IMG/VR virus record: IMGVR_UViG_2816332575_000003
Span: 5,247-69,246 of that record
DNA: 64,000 nucleotides
Reading direction: 5' to 3' (one strand)
From: a virus
Lineage: Duplodnaviria > Caudoviricetes
A program made the translations under genes and the position numbers. The notes under the pieces were generated by a model. The model worked only from the letters and a program-made list of their open reading frames with translations, was not told the DNA's origin and searched no databases. Shown here piece after piece: positions 25,427 through 33,903 of this stretch; within the stretch, counting starts at the first letter, position 1, and each line of letters opens with the position of its first letter.

Positions 25427-26716
25427 GTGAGGCCCTCGAAGATGACGACCGCCGACGAGGTGGCGGCAGCAGACCGCACCCTGACGATCGGCTCGTGGAC
25501 CATCACGATCGGCGCCGTCGTCTACAGCGTCCTGACCGTCACCCCGCTCATGGCCGGGCACACCCCGCCCGGCTGGATCTGGACCTCGCCGATCCTGCCG
25601 CTCGTCGTGGACTCGGCGGTCATCATCGTCACCCGCCTCGACGCCGCCCTGGCCCGGCTAAACGCTCAGGCCGCCCGGGACGGCATCCGGCCCAAGCGGG
25701 CCGTGTGGCCGTTCATCCTCCGCTGGATCACCGGGCTGATGACGCTCGTACTGAACGTCGGCGACGCCGCGCTGGCGGGTGACCTCGTCGGTGTGGGTGT
25801 TCATATGCCGGCCCCGCTCCTGCTGATCGTGAACGCGGAGGCGGCCCTCGCCTACCGCCGGGCGATCGCCACGGCGCAGGCCCGGATCGACCGTGAACAG
25901 CGCGCGAAGGAAGACCGTGAACGCGCCGAGCGCATGGAGCGTGAACGCCTCGCGCGGGAGGAACGGGAGCGTGAACGCGCCCGCCGTGAACACCTTGAAC
26001 GCGAAGCCGCTGAACGCGATGAACGTCGTGAACGGGCCGAGCGTGAACACGTGGTGCGGCTTGAACGCGAGGCCCGTGAACACGCCGCGCAGCAGGAGCG
26101 TGAACGCGCCGAGCGCGAGGAAGCCCGCGAACAGAAGGCCCGTGAACACCAGCTCGCCCTGGAGCGTGAGCGCCTCGCCGCCGAGGAGCGCAAGGCCGCC
26201 GCGGAGCGCGCCGAGAACACCCGGCGCGAGGAAGCCGCACGACAGAAGAGGCAGGCCGAAGAGGAGAAAGCCCGCGCCGAAGACGCACGGCAGGAAGCCG
26301 GCGAACGCGAGCGGCCCGCCCGTGAACAGCCGCCCGTGAACGATCTGAGCGCCACCGACCGTGCCCTCCTTGAACAGGCGATCACCGCTCGTGAACGCGA
26401 ACAGCGCCAAGCCGTGAACACCCCCGTGAACACCCTCCAGCCCGTCGCGGTGAACGCCGTGAACGGCTCCAAGGACGCGGCCCGTGAACACCCCGCGCAG
26501 CCTGCCCGCACCACCCCGGCCGCCGCACCGAAGCGGCCCGTGAACACCCGCCCGGCCAAGACCGTGAACACCCAGAAGCTCCCCGAGCACGAAGCCCGCA
26601 AGACCGTTCACGAAAGCTTCGAAGCCGACCTCAGCGTCCGCGAAGCCGCCGAACTCACCGGCTGGTCCGTCGGCTGGGTGAGCGCCCGATATCAGGAACT
26701 CAAGACCGCCGCCTGA
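25427..26716 (+). CDS. SpdB2 / DUF2637-like protein: 4 TM helices, coiled coil, C-terminal HTH
   Basis: ILPLVVD, TLVLNV, HMPAPLLL; R/E coiled coil; LSVREAAELTGWSVGWV HTH. Confidence 0.75.
   Translation: MRPSKMTTADEVAAADRTLTIGSWTITIGAVVYSVLTVTPLMAGHTPPGWIWTSPILPLVVDSAVIIVTRLDAALARLNAQAARDGIRPKRAVWPFILRWITGLMTLVLNVGDAALAGDLVGVGVHMPAPLLLIVNAEAALAYRRAIATAQARIDREQRAKEDRERAERMERERLAREERERERARREHLEREAAERDERRERAEREHVVRLEREAREHAAQQERERAEREEAREQKAREHQLALERERLAAEERKAAAERAENTRREEAARQKRQAEEEKARAEDARQEAGERERPAREQPPVNDLSATDRALLEQAITAREREQRQAVNTPVNTLQPVAVNAVNGSKDAAREHPAQPARTTPAAAPKRPVNTRPAKTVNTQKLPEHEARKTVHESFEADLSVREAAELTGWSVGWVSARYQELKTAA
25828..26612 (+). repeat. About 20 intragenic CGTGAAC repeats
   Basis: Counted by eye; they occur in two reading frames, with one inverted copy near 26605. 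Confidence 0.85.
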
Positions 26717-26744
26717 CCCCACACACCGAACTTGGAGACATCGA

Positions 26745-27347
26745 ATGGCCGTCAACGGAAAGCGGATTCCGCGGATTCCGCAGCCCCCGGACAACTTCCT
26801 GCCGCCGGGCGTGTGGGCGGACCGCCCCCGACTCAAGCAGTCCTCGCCGCGCGAGCGGGCCGAGGCCCGTGAGGCGAAGCGCAACCGCACCACCTACAAG
26901 ACCAAGAGCCGCACGAAGGAGTACCACGTCCACATCGACAACCGCCGCGGCCCGATTGCGGCGGCTGGCGGGGGCGGGCAGTGGGGCCGCCAGCAGGGCA
27001 TCGGCGACATCGGGGTGGTGTCCGCCTCGGGGCTGAGGGCGCTCTGTGAGCGGGGCCGGCGGGTATTGCGCGACGCGAGCGTCGATATCGCCTACGCCGA
27101 GGAGACGTTGCGCACGGCCCTGCGGAAGGTGCCACCGCGTCCCGGGGAGGGCCGTTCGGCCGCATGGGTACGCGCCAACAAGACCGCGCGCGGCCTGAAG
27201 CGGGCCAAGAACGCAGCTCAGGCCGGGTCGGCACACATGGCCGCGACGTGGATCACCTACACAGTGGAGTACGAGCCGGAGCTGAACCAGTTCGGCGGAC
27301 CGCGGCCACAGCCTCAGAGCCGCCAGGCCATGGACTTCGGGGCGTGA
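26745..27347 (+). CDS. traA: Plasmid transfer protein TraA-like
   Basis: Directly upstream of traB; helical domain ending in the YEPEL...MDF pattern. Confidence 0.6.
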   Translation: MAVNGKRIPRIPQPPDNFLPPGVWADRPRLKQSSPRERAEAREAKRNRTTYKTKSRTKEYHVHIDNRRGPIAAAGGGGQWGRQQGIGDIGVVSASGLRALCERGRRVLRDASVDIAYAEETLRTALRKVPPRPGEGRSAAWVRANKTARGLKRAKNAAQAGSAHMAATWITYTVEYEPELNQFGGPRPQPQSRQAMDFGA

Positions 27348-27351
27348 CGTG

Positions 27352-29352
27352 ATGGCGCAGCAGCAGGCCACCGAGGTCCCGCAGGGCAGCGGCAAGATGC
27401 CCGCGGTCCTGACCTTCCTCAACCGCAAGGTCATCCCGCACACGCCGCCGTTCGCGGTGTGGCTGGCCGAATGGCCGGTCGCCGCCCTGGCGCACCTGCA
27501 ATGGGGCGGCTCGCCCACCGCGTCGGCCGTGCTGTCGCTCATCTCCGGCGGCCTGACCTGGCACACCTGGTACGTCGGCCGGGATGCGAAGAAGCAGCGG
27601 CAGGCGCAGGCCACGGTCACCGTCGGCGCGGCGACCGGCTGGTTCACCGCCGCCACGATCGCCGGGGCCACCGATCCGACGCTGGTCAACGCCTGGCTGA
27701 TGGGCGGCCCGGCCCTCGCCCTCGCCTGGTCGATCAAGATGACGATGCGCACCAACCCCGACCGGCAGCAAAGCGGCGACGAGACGGAGAAGACCCTCTG
27801 GTCGAAGATCGGGCTGGGGCGGGCCAAGGCCAAGGAGATCCGCGCCGAACCCAACAAGGTCGTCATTCCCATGCAGCTGGACGCAGGGGTCCAGACCCAG
27901 GAAGACGCCGCCAAGGCGGGCTCTCGCCTCGCCTCGGCGGTCGGCGTGCGGCCCAATGCGGTGCGCTGGCAGCCCGACCCCGAAGACGCCTCCCAGGGCA
28001 CGTACACGCTGGTCATCGACGACATGCTCAAGGAACCCACCCCGTGGCCGGGCCCGTCCTGCCCCGGCGGCAGCATCGCCGACGCCCCGGTCCCGGCCGG
28101 CGTGTACGAGGACTATGGAACCGCGGACATCTGGTTCCCCGGCGACGAGACGGACGGGCGCAACGCCGCCCACTACCAGTTCATGGGCATGACCGGCGCC
28201 GGAAAGTCCCAGGGCGGCCGGGTCATTCTCGTCGACCTGATGACCCGCCGCGATGTGTGCCTGTGGCTGTTCGACCCGTCCAAAGGCGCGCAGACCTTCG
28301 GGCCGATCCTGCCCGGCGCGGACTGGGCTCTGCTGACGATGAAGGAGTGCAAGGCCGGTATCGCCGTCCTCCCCGATGTGATCACCGCGCGGGCGAACGA
28401 GCTGGGCAAACACGGCTACGACCAGTGGACCCCCGAGGCGGGCGAGAAGCTCGGCATGCCCTACCTGGTCTGCTGGTTCGAGGAGGTCGCCAAGCTGTTC
28501 CGGGACGGCGTCGACCTGGCGCCCGTTGCCCAGGAGGCCCGCTCGGCCGGCATCTCGCTGGTGTTCTCCCTGCAGCGTTCCTCCCACACGTCGATGGACA
28601 CCGACGTCCGGGGCAACATCACCGGCGCGGCCGTGTTCGGCACCAACAGCTCCGTCGACTCCGGCTTCGCCCTGTCCGATGACACCATCGACGCCGGAGC
28701 CCGGCCCGAACTGTGGCGCAACCGCAAGGCCGGCTACTGCTACATCGAAGGCCCCGGCATCGACGAGCAGCGCTACGCCACCCCGGTGCGCACCTACCTG
28801 CTGGACAAGGAGGTGGCGGCGAAAGCCGTAGCGGCCTACCGCAACGTGCGCCCCGCGGACGCCGGGCAGGTCACGGCCGAGGCCGCCGGTCCGGCCTACG
28901 CCCACCGGGTCCGCTACGCCGGCGCCGAGGATGCCGCAGCAGCCCAGAGCGCAGCCGCGGGCGACGACTCCGACCCCGACCTGGACCCCGAGGACGACGC
29001 GCTGTGGGGCGACGGCGAGGAGGCCGCCGTGGCCCGCCGCATCGATATCGACCAGGAGCTGCCGCCGCACACCGGCCGCGACTGGCACTTCGGCGAGCAG
29101 CAGCGCGACACCAAGACGCGCGAGCAGGCGTTGGCGGCCCTCAACGAGGTGCTGGCCGAGTTCGCCGCCCGCGGCCAGATGGAGTTCGGGCCGAAGGAGG
29201 TGACGCCCGAGTTGCCGCGGATCGGCAAGACCTCCTCGTGGGTGCGCAGGGAGCTTCCCAAGCTCGTGGCGCAGGGCGTCCTCGCCGACACCGACGAGGC
29301 CGGCGTGTACCGCATCATCAAGACCCTCGCCGGGGCCGGAACAGGGCCCTGA
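27352..29352 (+). CDS. traB: TraB conjugative FtsK/SpoIIIE-family DNA translocase
   Basis: N-terminal TMs, Walker A GMTGAGKS, WFEE, ARSAGISLVFSLQR, C-terminal wHTH. Confidence 0.9.
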   Translation: MAQQQATEVPQGSGKMPAVLTFLNRKVIPHTPPFAVWLAEWPVAALAHLQWGGSPTASAVLSLISGGLTWHTWYVGRDAKKQRQAQATVTVGAATGWFTAATIAGATDPTLVNAWLMGGPALALAWSIKMTMRTNPDRQQSGDETEKTLWSKIGLGRAKAKEIRAEPNKVVIPMQLDAGVQTQEDAAKAGSRLASAVGVRPNAVRWQPDPEDASQGTYTLVIDDMLKEPTPWPGPSCPGGSIADAPVPAGVYEDYGTADIWFPGDETDGRNAAHYQFMGMTGAGKSQGGRVILVDLMTRRDVCLWLFDPSKGAQTFGPILPGADWALLTMKECKAGIAVLPDVITARANELGKHGYDQWTPEAGEKLGMPYLVCWFEEVAKLFRDGVDLAPVAQEARSAGISLVFSLQRSSHTSMDTDVRGNITGAAVFGTNSSVDSGFALSDDTIDAGARPELWRNRKAGYCYIEGPGIDEQRYATPVRTYLLDKEVAAKAVAAYRNVRPADAGQVTAEAAGPAYAHRVRYAGAEDAAAAQSAAAGDDSDPDLDPEDDALWGDGEEAAVARRIDIDQELPPHTGRDWHFGEQQRDTKTREQALAALNEVLAEFAARGQMEFGPKEVTPELPRIGKTSSWVRRELPKLVAQGVLADTDEAGVYRIIKTLAGAGTGP

Positions 29353-29571
29353 CCTGCTGGAACAGCGCGGAACAGTGGCGGAACAGGGCCTGCGCAGCAC
29401 GGAACAGGCACCGAACAGCGGCGGAACAGCCAACGGAACAGCTCTGACCTCATGGAACAGCGCAAATGTCCTGTTCCGCCGACGGAACAGCGCCGCCTCA
29501 AATCCGTAACGCGCGCGCGAGAACCGCCCACGGAACAGCGACGGAACAGCGCACCGAACAGCAAGGAACAA
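29337..29571 (+). repeat. clt-like locus: GGAACAG repeat array (TraB recognition sequences)
   Basis: 11 direct GGAACAG copies, 3 near-copies and 1 inverted copy in about 235 bp directly after traB. Confidence 0.8.
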
Positions 29572-29594
29572 ACCACCACAAAAAGGAGCCTGAA

Positions 29595-30119
29595 ATGACC
29601 TTCGGTCCACCCCGCTACACCTGGACCGCGACCACCGCCCGGGAAGCCTCGGGGGTGCTGCAGGCGGCCACCGACCTCCTCGACGCGCACATCGGGACGC
29701 TCCGGCTCTCGGTGACCGACGGGGAGAGCCAGTACGAGACGGAGCGCCGCACGCCCGTCCGGCTGGAAGTCAGCTTCGACCTCAGCACGGCTGCCGAGTG
29801 CATCAACGCCGCGCGCACCGAAGCGCTTCCGCTGCCTGAATGGCCGAGGGCCGACGCCCTGGAGTCGGAACCGAAGCTGGGCAAGCACCAGGCGCGAGGA
29901 CTGATGTGGGACTTGATCCATCAGTTCGCCGAAGAGGGGCGCCGAATGATCGGCCCCAAGGACTTCACCACCTACCTGCCCCGGCTGACGCGCTCTCGCC
30001 CCTGGGTCGTAGCCGAGCTGCAACGCCTGGTCGCCGACGGCGTCATCGAAGCAGGCCGCAGCGGCGAGTACCTGCTCAACGGGGGCGTCTTCGCCGTCCA
30101 CCGCCCGGAGGCGCCGTGA
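29595..30119 (+). CDS. Protein with a second TraB-type C-terminal wHTH domain
   Basis: FAEEGRRMIGPKDF...SRPWVVAELQRLVADGVI aligns with TraB FAARGQMEFGPKEV...SSWVRRELPKLVAQGVL. Confidence 0.75.
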   Translation: MTFGPPRYTWTATTAREASGVLQAATDLLDAHIGTLRLSVTDGESQYETERRTPVRLEVSFDLSTAAECINAARTEALPLPEWPRADALESEPKLGKHQARGLMWDLIHQFAEEGRRMIGPKDFTTYLPRLTRSRPWVVAELQRLVADGVIEAGRSGEYLLNGGVFAVHRPEAP

Positions 30120-30319
30120 GGCTGGCCCACACGATCGTCGACACCCTCATCTTCGTGATCCACGCCGTAGCTCTCGGCCTCGCCCTGTGGATCTTCGGGA
30201 GCAGTCTGCCCGGCCCTGTCATGGTCCTGCTCATCTGCCTGACCGCCGCCGCCGACCTGGCCGCCACCGTCCCGCTGGGACGGCTCGCCAACACCATCCG
30301 CGCCAACACCCGCCTGTAG
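30116..30319 (+). CDS. Small 2-TM protein
   Basis: Hydrophobic; coupled. Confidence 0.55.
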   Translation: MRLAHTIVDTLIFVIHAVALGLALWIFGSSLPGPVMVLLICLTAAADLAATVPLGRLANTIRANTRL

Positions 30320-30327
30320 GAGGACCC

Positions 30328-30519
30328 ATGTTCCGAGGAAGCGCCCGCGAGCTACGTCGCCGCGAGAAGCAGGCCGCCGAGTACGCGGCTCAGGTCACCG
30401 AACTCCTTAACAAGATCGACGACCTGAAGTGCGGGGCGATCCTCTTCCATCCCGGCACCCTCGCCGGCCCCGGCTTCGCCATCCGCCGTATCGGCGACCG
30501 CTGGACCCTCAACGCCTAA
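30328..30519 (+). CDS. Small hypothetical protein
   Basis: AGGAGG RBS. Confidence 0.55.
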   Translation: MFRGSARELRRREKQAAEYAAQVTELLNKIDDLKCGAILFHPGTLAGPGFAIRRIGDRWTLNA

Positions 30520-30529
30520 GGAGAACGTC

Positions 30530-30724
30530 ATGCCCGAGCGATGCCTCCCCTGCGAGGAGCACGCGAAGCTCCACAAGTGGAATGTGGGCTTCGGAGCCGC
30601 CAACGAACCCTGCGACCAATGCGAGCAGCACGCCCGGATGCACGCCGCTGAGAGCGGCTGCGGCGGCGCCCTCGTAATGCTCCTGGCCTGCGCCGGGCTG
30701 CTGCTGGCACGGAAGAAGCGCTGA
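30530..30724 (+). CDS. Small Cys/His protein with C-terminal TM
   Basis: CxxCxxH occurs twice; AAGGAG RBS. Confidence 0.55.
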   Translation: MPERCLPCEEHAKLHKWNVGFGAANEPCDQCEQHARMHAAESGCGGALVMLLACAGLLLARKKR

Positions 30725-30796
30725 CCCGACCGTTCCGTAAAGGCCTGCCCGTGCGGGCCCAACGTCACCATCCACGCACCACACCCAGGAGGAGAC

Positions 30797-30985
30797 ATGC
30801 CCAAGAACGCCCGCTACGAGGCCGAGGTGGACCTCGAACTGTCCGACGGCACGCGCGTCACCTACCGCGGCGACGGCGTAGGCCCCGACGAGAGCGGCGA
30901 TCAGCTCTTGGACGGCGTGGAGCAGGCAGCCCTGGCCGAAGAGCCCGGTGCCCGCGTCATCAGCTCCCGGGCCCGCCGCGCCTGA
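30797..30985 (+). CDS. Small hypothetical protein
   Basis: AGGAGG RBS. Confidence 0.55.
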   Translation: MPKNARYEAEVDLELSDGTRVTYRGDGVGPDESGDQLLDGVEQAALAEEPGARVISSRARRA

Positions 30986-31293
30986 CCGTTGCCCGATCCG
31001 CCCGTCTCGCACGGGCGGTGAGGGGAGCCGGGACAGTCCCGGTGCCGAGAGGAGTGCACATGTCCAAGAAGACCGACGCCAAGCAGGCCCGCGAGGACTA
31101 CCGGGCCAAGAAGACCGAGCACAACGCCCGCTTCAACCACGCCGACGCCGACCCGAACAGCGCCGACTTCGTGACCTCGAACGACGCCGTGGCCGACGCC
31201 GCCCGCCGCGTGTCGTGGTGGCGGCGCTGACCGGCCGCCCCCGATCCGCCGGTCGCGTACCGGCGGTGAGGAGGACGCCGGGCAACCCGCCCG
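30986..31293 (+). ncRNA. Two copies of a candidate structured RNA motif (30986-31043 and 31231-31293)
   Basis: CCCGATCCGCC-stem-loop-GGCGGTGAGG with a compensatory base-pair change between copies. Confidence 0.45.
31060..31230 (+). CDS. Small hypothetical protein
   Basis: GAGGAG RBS; ends WWRR. Confidence 0.55.
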   Translation: MSKKTDAKQAREDYRAKKTEHNARFNHADADPNSADFVTSNDAVADAARRVSWWRR

Positions 31294-31315
31294 ACGCCAA
31301 CCCGAAGGAGAACCC

Positions 31316-31723
31316 GTGTCCGTACACATGAGCATGCCGTCCGACAGCACCCGCACACCGGAGGAGGACCAGCTGCTGGCGCAGATGCGGCAGCAGGCCG
31401 CCGACCGGGACGCCGTTTACCCGCCCGGCCGATACACCGTCGAGCTGGAGATCGAGTGCCCGGCCAGCGCGGTGCCCGAGCTGAAGGAGACAGCCAGCCG
31501 CCACGGCGACCGCGCCGTCACCGTCGTCGGCCCGCTCGACATCACCACCATGGACGTCGCGATGGGCCACCGCGAGCTGGCCCGCGAGGTCGTGTCTGAC
31601 GTGCTGGCCGGCCTGTTCCGCTGGGACTTCGGCAGCGGCCCCGTCACCATCCGCCGCTTCGGTGCCGTCCCCGGCCACCTGACCCGCCTGACCGACGCTG
31701 TCCCGGCCCCCACCGCCGCCTGA
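31316..31723 (+). CDS. Hypothetical protein
   Basis: AAGGAG RBS. Confidence 0.6.
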   Translation: MSVHMSMPSDSTRTPEEDQLLAQMRQQAADRDAVYPPGRYTVELEIECPASAVPELKETASRHGDRAVTVVGPLDITTMDVAMGHRELAREVVSDVLAGLFRWDFGSGPVTIRRFGAVPGHLTRLTDAVPAPTAA

Positions 31724-31735
31724 AAGGAGACCGCC

Positions 31736-31849
31736 ATGTCCGAGAGCGACTACGAAGGCACGCCTGAGGAGCAGGACACCGCCGAGTCGGCGCAGCTGCG
31801 CCCCATGCGGTGGGCCTACGAGACCGACGACACCACCGACGAGCAGTAA
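31736..31849 (+). CDS. 37-aa acidic peptide
   Basis: AAAGGAG RBS; fills the operon gap. Confidence 0.45.
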   Translation: MSESDYEGTPEEQDTAESAQLRPMRWAYETDDTTDEQ

Positions 31850-31859
31850 GGAGCCGGCT

Positions 31860-32126
31860 GTGTCCGTCACCACCGAGACCTGTTTCGTGGCCCGCTGCGA
31901 CGTCTGCGGCACCGGTTGGGGCGAAGGTTTCACTGCGCACTTCGCCACCGTCGACGAGGCGTACAAGGCCGTCAGCGCCGACCCCGCGTGGACCACCGAC
32001 GGCGACCGCATCGTGTGCCACCTCAGCGGCTGGATCAACACCGCGCACCAGGCCGCCATCGACGCGATGCCCGGACGCGACGCCTTCACCCAGCGTTTCG
32101 CCAGCACCGACACCAACCGCCCCTGA
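31860..32126 (+). CDS. Small Zn-finger-like protein
   Basis: CDVC; AAGGAG RBS. Confidence 0.55.
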   Translation: MSVTTETCFVARCDVCGTGWGEGFTAHFATVDEAYKAVSADPAWTTDGDRIVCHLSGWINTAHQAAIDAMPGRDAFTQRFASTDTNRP

Positions 32127-32137
32127 AAGGAGCCCCG

Positions 32138-32551
32138 ATGTCCCCGCAGCTGCCGCCCGACCCGCAGCACCAGTACGGCGGGCAGCAGCTGCCCGTCCCC
32201 GCCCACCACCGCCCCCCGAACGTCCTGTACGACTCGGAAGGGAGGCCCGTGCACTTCACGATCGGACAGCCCCCGCAGCCGACGCCGGTCGTCGTGCAGG
32301 CGCCCGTACAGCAGGGCCTGCCGCCCGACCTGCAGCGCCTCGTCATCATCACGTTTCTGATTCTCGCCGTCATCGTCGTATGCACCGGCGCGCTCGTCGC
32401 CATCGTCGTCATGATGGGCGGCACCCTCATGGGCATCATCGGCACCGTCGGCGACAACCTCCCGTTCATCGGCGTCACGTTCATCGGCCTTGTCCTCGCC
32501 GCCGGATGGGCCGTCTCCAAGCTCCGCGGCATCAACTCGAAGGAGAAATGA
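32138..32551 (+). CDS. SpdD-like membrane protein
   Basis: Pro/Gln-rich N-terminus followed by hydrophobic helices and a basic tail. Confidence 0.55.
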   Translation: MSPQLPPDPQHQYGGQQLPVPAHHRPPNVLYDSEGRPVHFTIGQPPQPTPVVVQAPVQQGLPPDLQRLVIITFLILAVIVVCTGALVAIVVMMGGTLMGIIGTVGDNLPFIGVTFIGLVLAAGWAVSKLRGINSKEK

Positions 32552-32955
32552 CCATGGCAGCGCAGTACCCCCGGGAAGACGGTCGTCCTCTGCCGGACTG
32601 GCCCCGCCTTCCGCTGGACGACCGGGAGCACCTGGCCACCCAGGCCCCCTACCGCCTCCAGACCATCATGTACGCCACCCACGTAGGCGAGGTGCCCGCG
32701 GACCACTTCGCCGCGGCCGTCGCCGACGCAGACCGGAAGCTGCAACAGCTACTGGCCGACGAGCCCGAAGCCCGGCAGTACTTCGGCGACCTGACGTTCG
32801 CCGGAGTCGCCCACGAGCCGGACCCGATGGTCGCCGCCGAGCGGGAGTACTACCTGTGCGACGCCCTGATCGAGTACGGCAACCAGCATCACGGCTCGGT
32901 GTGGAACCTGCCCGTGCTGGACCCCGCCCTCTACGGACAGTTCGAGGAGGGCTGA
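32548..32955 (+). CDS. Hypothetical protein
   Basis: Coupled; last gene of the transfer operon. Confidence 0.55.
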   Translation: MTMAAQYPREDGRPLPDWPRLPLDDREHLATQAPYRLQTIMYATHVGEVPADHFAAAVADADRKLQQLLADEPEARQYFGDLTFAGVAHEPDPMVAAEREYYLCDALIEYGNQHHGSVWNLPVLDPALYGQFEEG

Positions 32956-32968
32956 TTGTCGTCTGTGC

Positions 32969-33062
32969 TTGACCGCCGATCACCGCTATGTCACAGTGAC
33001 CGCAGGCGCCAGTAGTGTGCCCTTCAACCACCAGGAGCCCCCGACACCCGTCGGGGGCTTTC
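32969..33062 (+). promoter_or_regulatory. Candidate late promoter followed by an attenuator-like terminator
   Basis: TTGACC-N17-CACAGT, then AGCCCCCGAC-ACCC-GTCGGGGGCT-TTC. Confidence 0.45.
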
Positions 33063-33085
33063 TGCATGCCGGGGGAGGTGCTGCC

Positions 33086-33328
33086 ATGCGCCCGCACGAC
33101 CTCTACCCCGACGACCTCGTCTACGCCCACGAAGCCGAACGCCTCACCGGCGTCCCCATGACGGTCATCCGCAAGTGGGCCTCACGAGGCCGCATCCAGC
33201 GCTTCCGCGGCGACGGCCGGCCCACCGGACTCGGCCACGCAGCCCGCACCATGTACGCCCTCCCCGAAATACGGGCCCTCGCCGCCACCTACCGGCCCAC
33301 ACCCCAACGCGCACCCCACGCCGCCTGA
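33086..33328 (+). CDS. MerR-like HTH protein
   Basis: EAERLTGVPMTVIRKWASRGRI...MYALPEI. Confidence 0.7.
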   Translation: MRPHDLYPDDLVYAHEAERLTGVPMTVIRKWASRGRIQRFRGDGRPTGLGHAARTMYALPEIRALAATYRPTPQRAPHAA

Positions 33329-33510
33329 CCCCCGATACGGGCCCGACGTCCCCCCAGGACGGGCCCCGCCTGCTGCCCGGCACCACGGCGGCCCACTGGG
33401 CAGCAGGCACCCCAGCGTCCGCCGCCCGACAAGGAGCCGGGCAGGGCCCCCACCGTGCTTTCACGGACGCGGTGCGGCCGAGCGGCGGACCCAGACCGAG
33501 AGGAGCCGGC

Positions 33511-33894
33511 GTGGCAGACAACCTCAGCGGGACCGCCGAGAACCGCATGCTCGACTGGCTCTTCGGCAACTCGACGACCGCCCCCGTCACGCCGATCAAG
33601 GTTGCGCTGGTGACCGCGAACGGCGATGACGTGACCGCGGGCACCGAAGTCACCGGCGGGTCGTACTCGCGAAAGACCGTCACGGTCGCCGCAGCGGCCT
33701 CCGGCGCCGTCTCCAACAGTGCGGACCTTGTGTGGAGCGGCATGCCCGCCTGCACGGTCGTCGGTGTGGAGATCTGGGACTCGGCCGGAACGCCGGTCCG
33801 TTGGGCCTACGGTGCGCTCACCGCGAGCCGGGTCGTGGCAGCTGGGGATGACTTCAAGGTGCCCGCCGGATCGCTATCGCTCACGCTGGCGTAG
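33511..33894 (+). CDS. Tail fibre / virion appendage protein
   Basis: AENRMLDWL...TEVTGGSYSRK...NSADLVW pattern. Confidence 0.65.
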   Translation: MADNLSGTAENRMLDWLFGNSTTAPVTPIKVALVTANGDDVTAGTEVTGGSYSRKTVTVAAAASGAVSNSADLVWSGMPACTVVGVEIWDSAGTPVRWAYGALTASRVVAAGDDFKVPAGSLSLTLA

Positions 33895-33903
33895 GAGCAG
33901 GTC

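Noticed and set aside
29337-29571. CRISPR array
   Set aside because: Repeats are only 7-8 bp with irregular short spacing and no cas operon; better explained as a clt
22067-32955. Independent nested AICE
   Set aside because: No integrase, RepSA/RepAM or flanking direct repeats seen; cannot be fully excluded without comparative data
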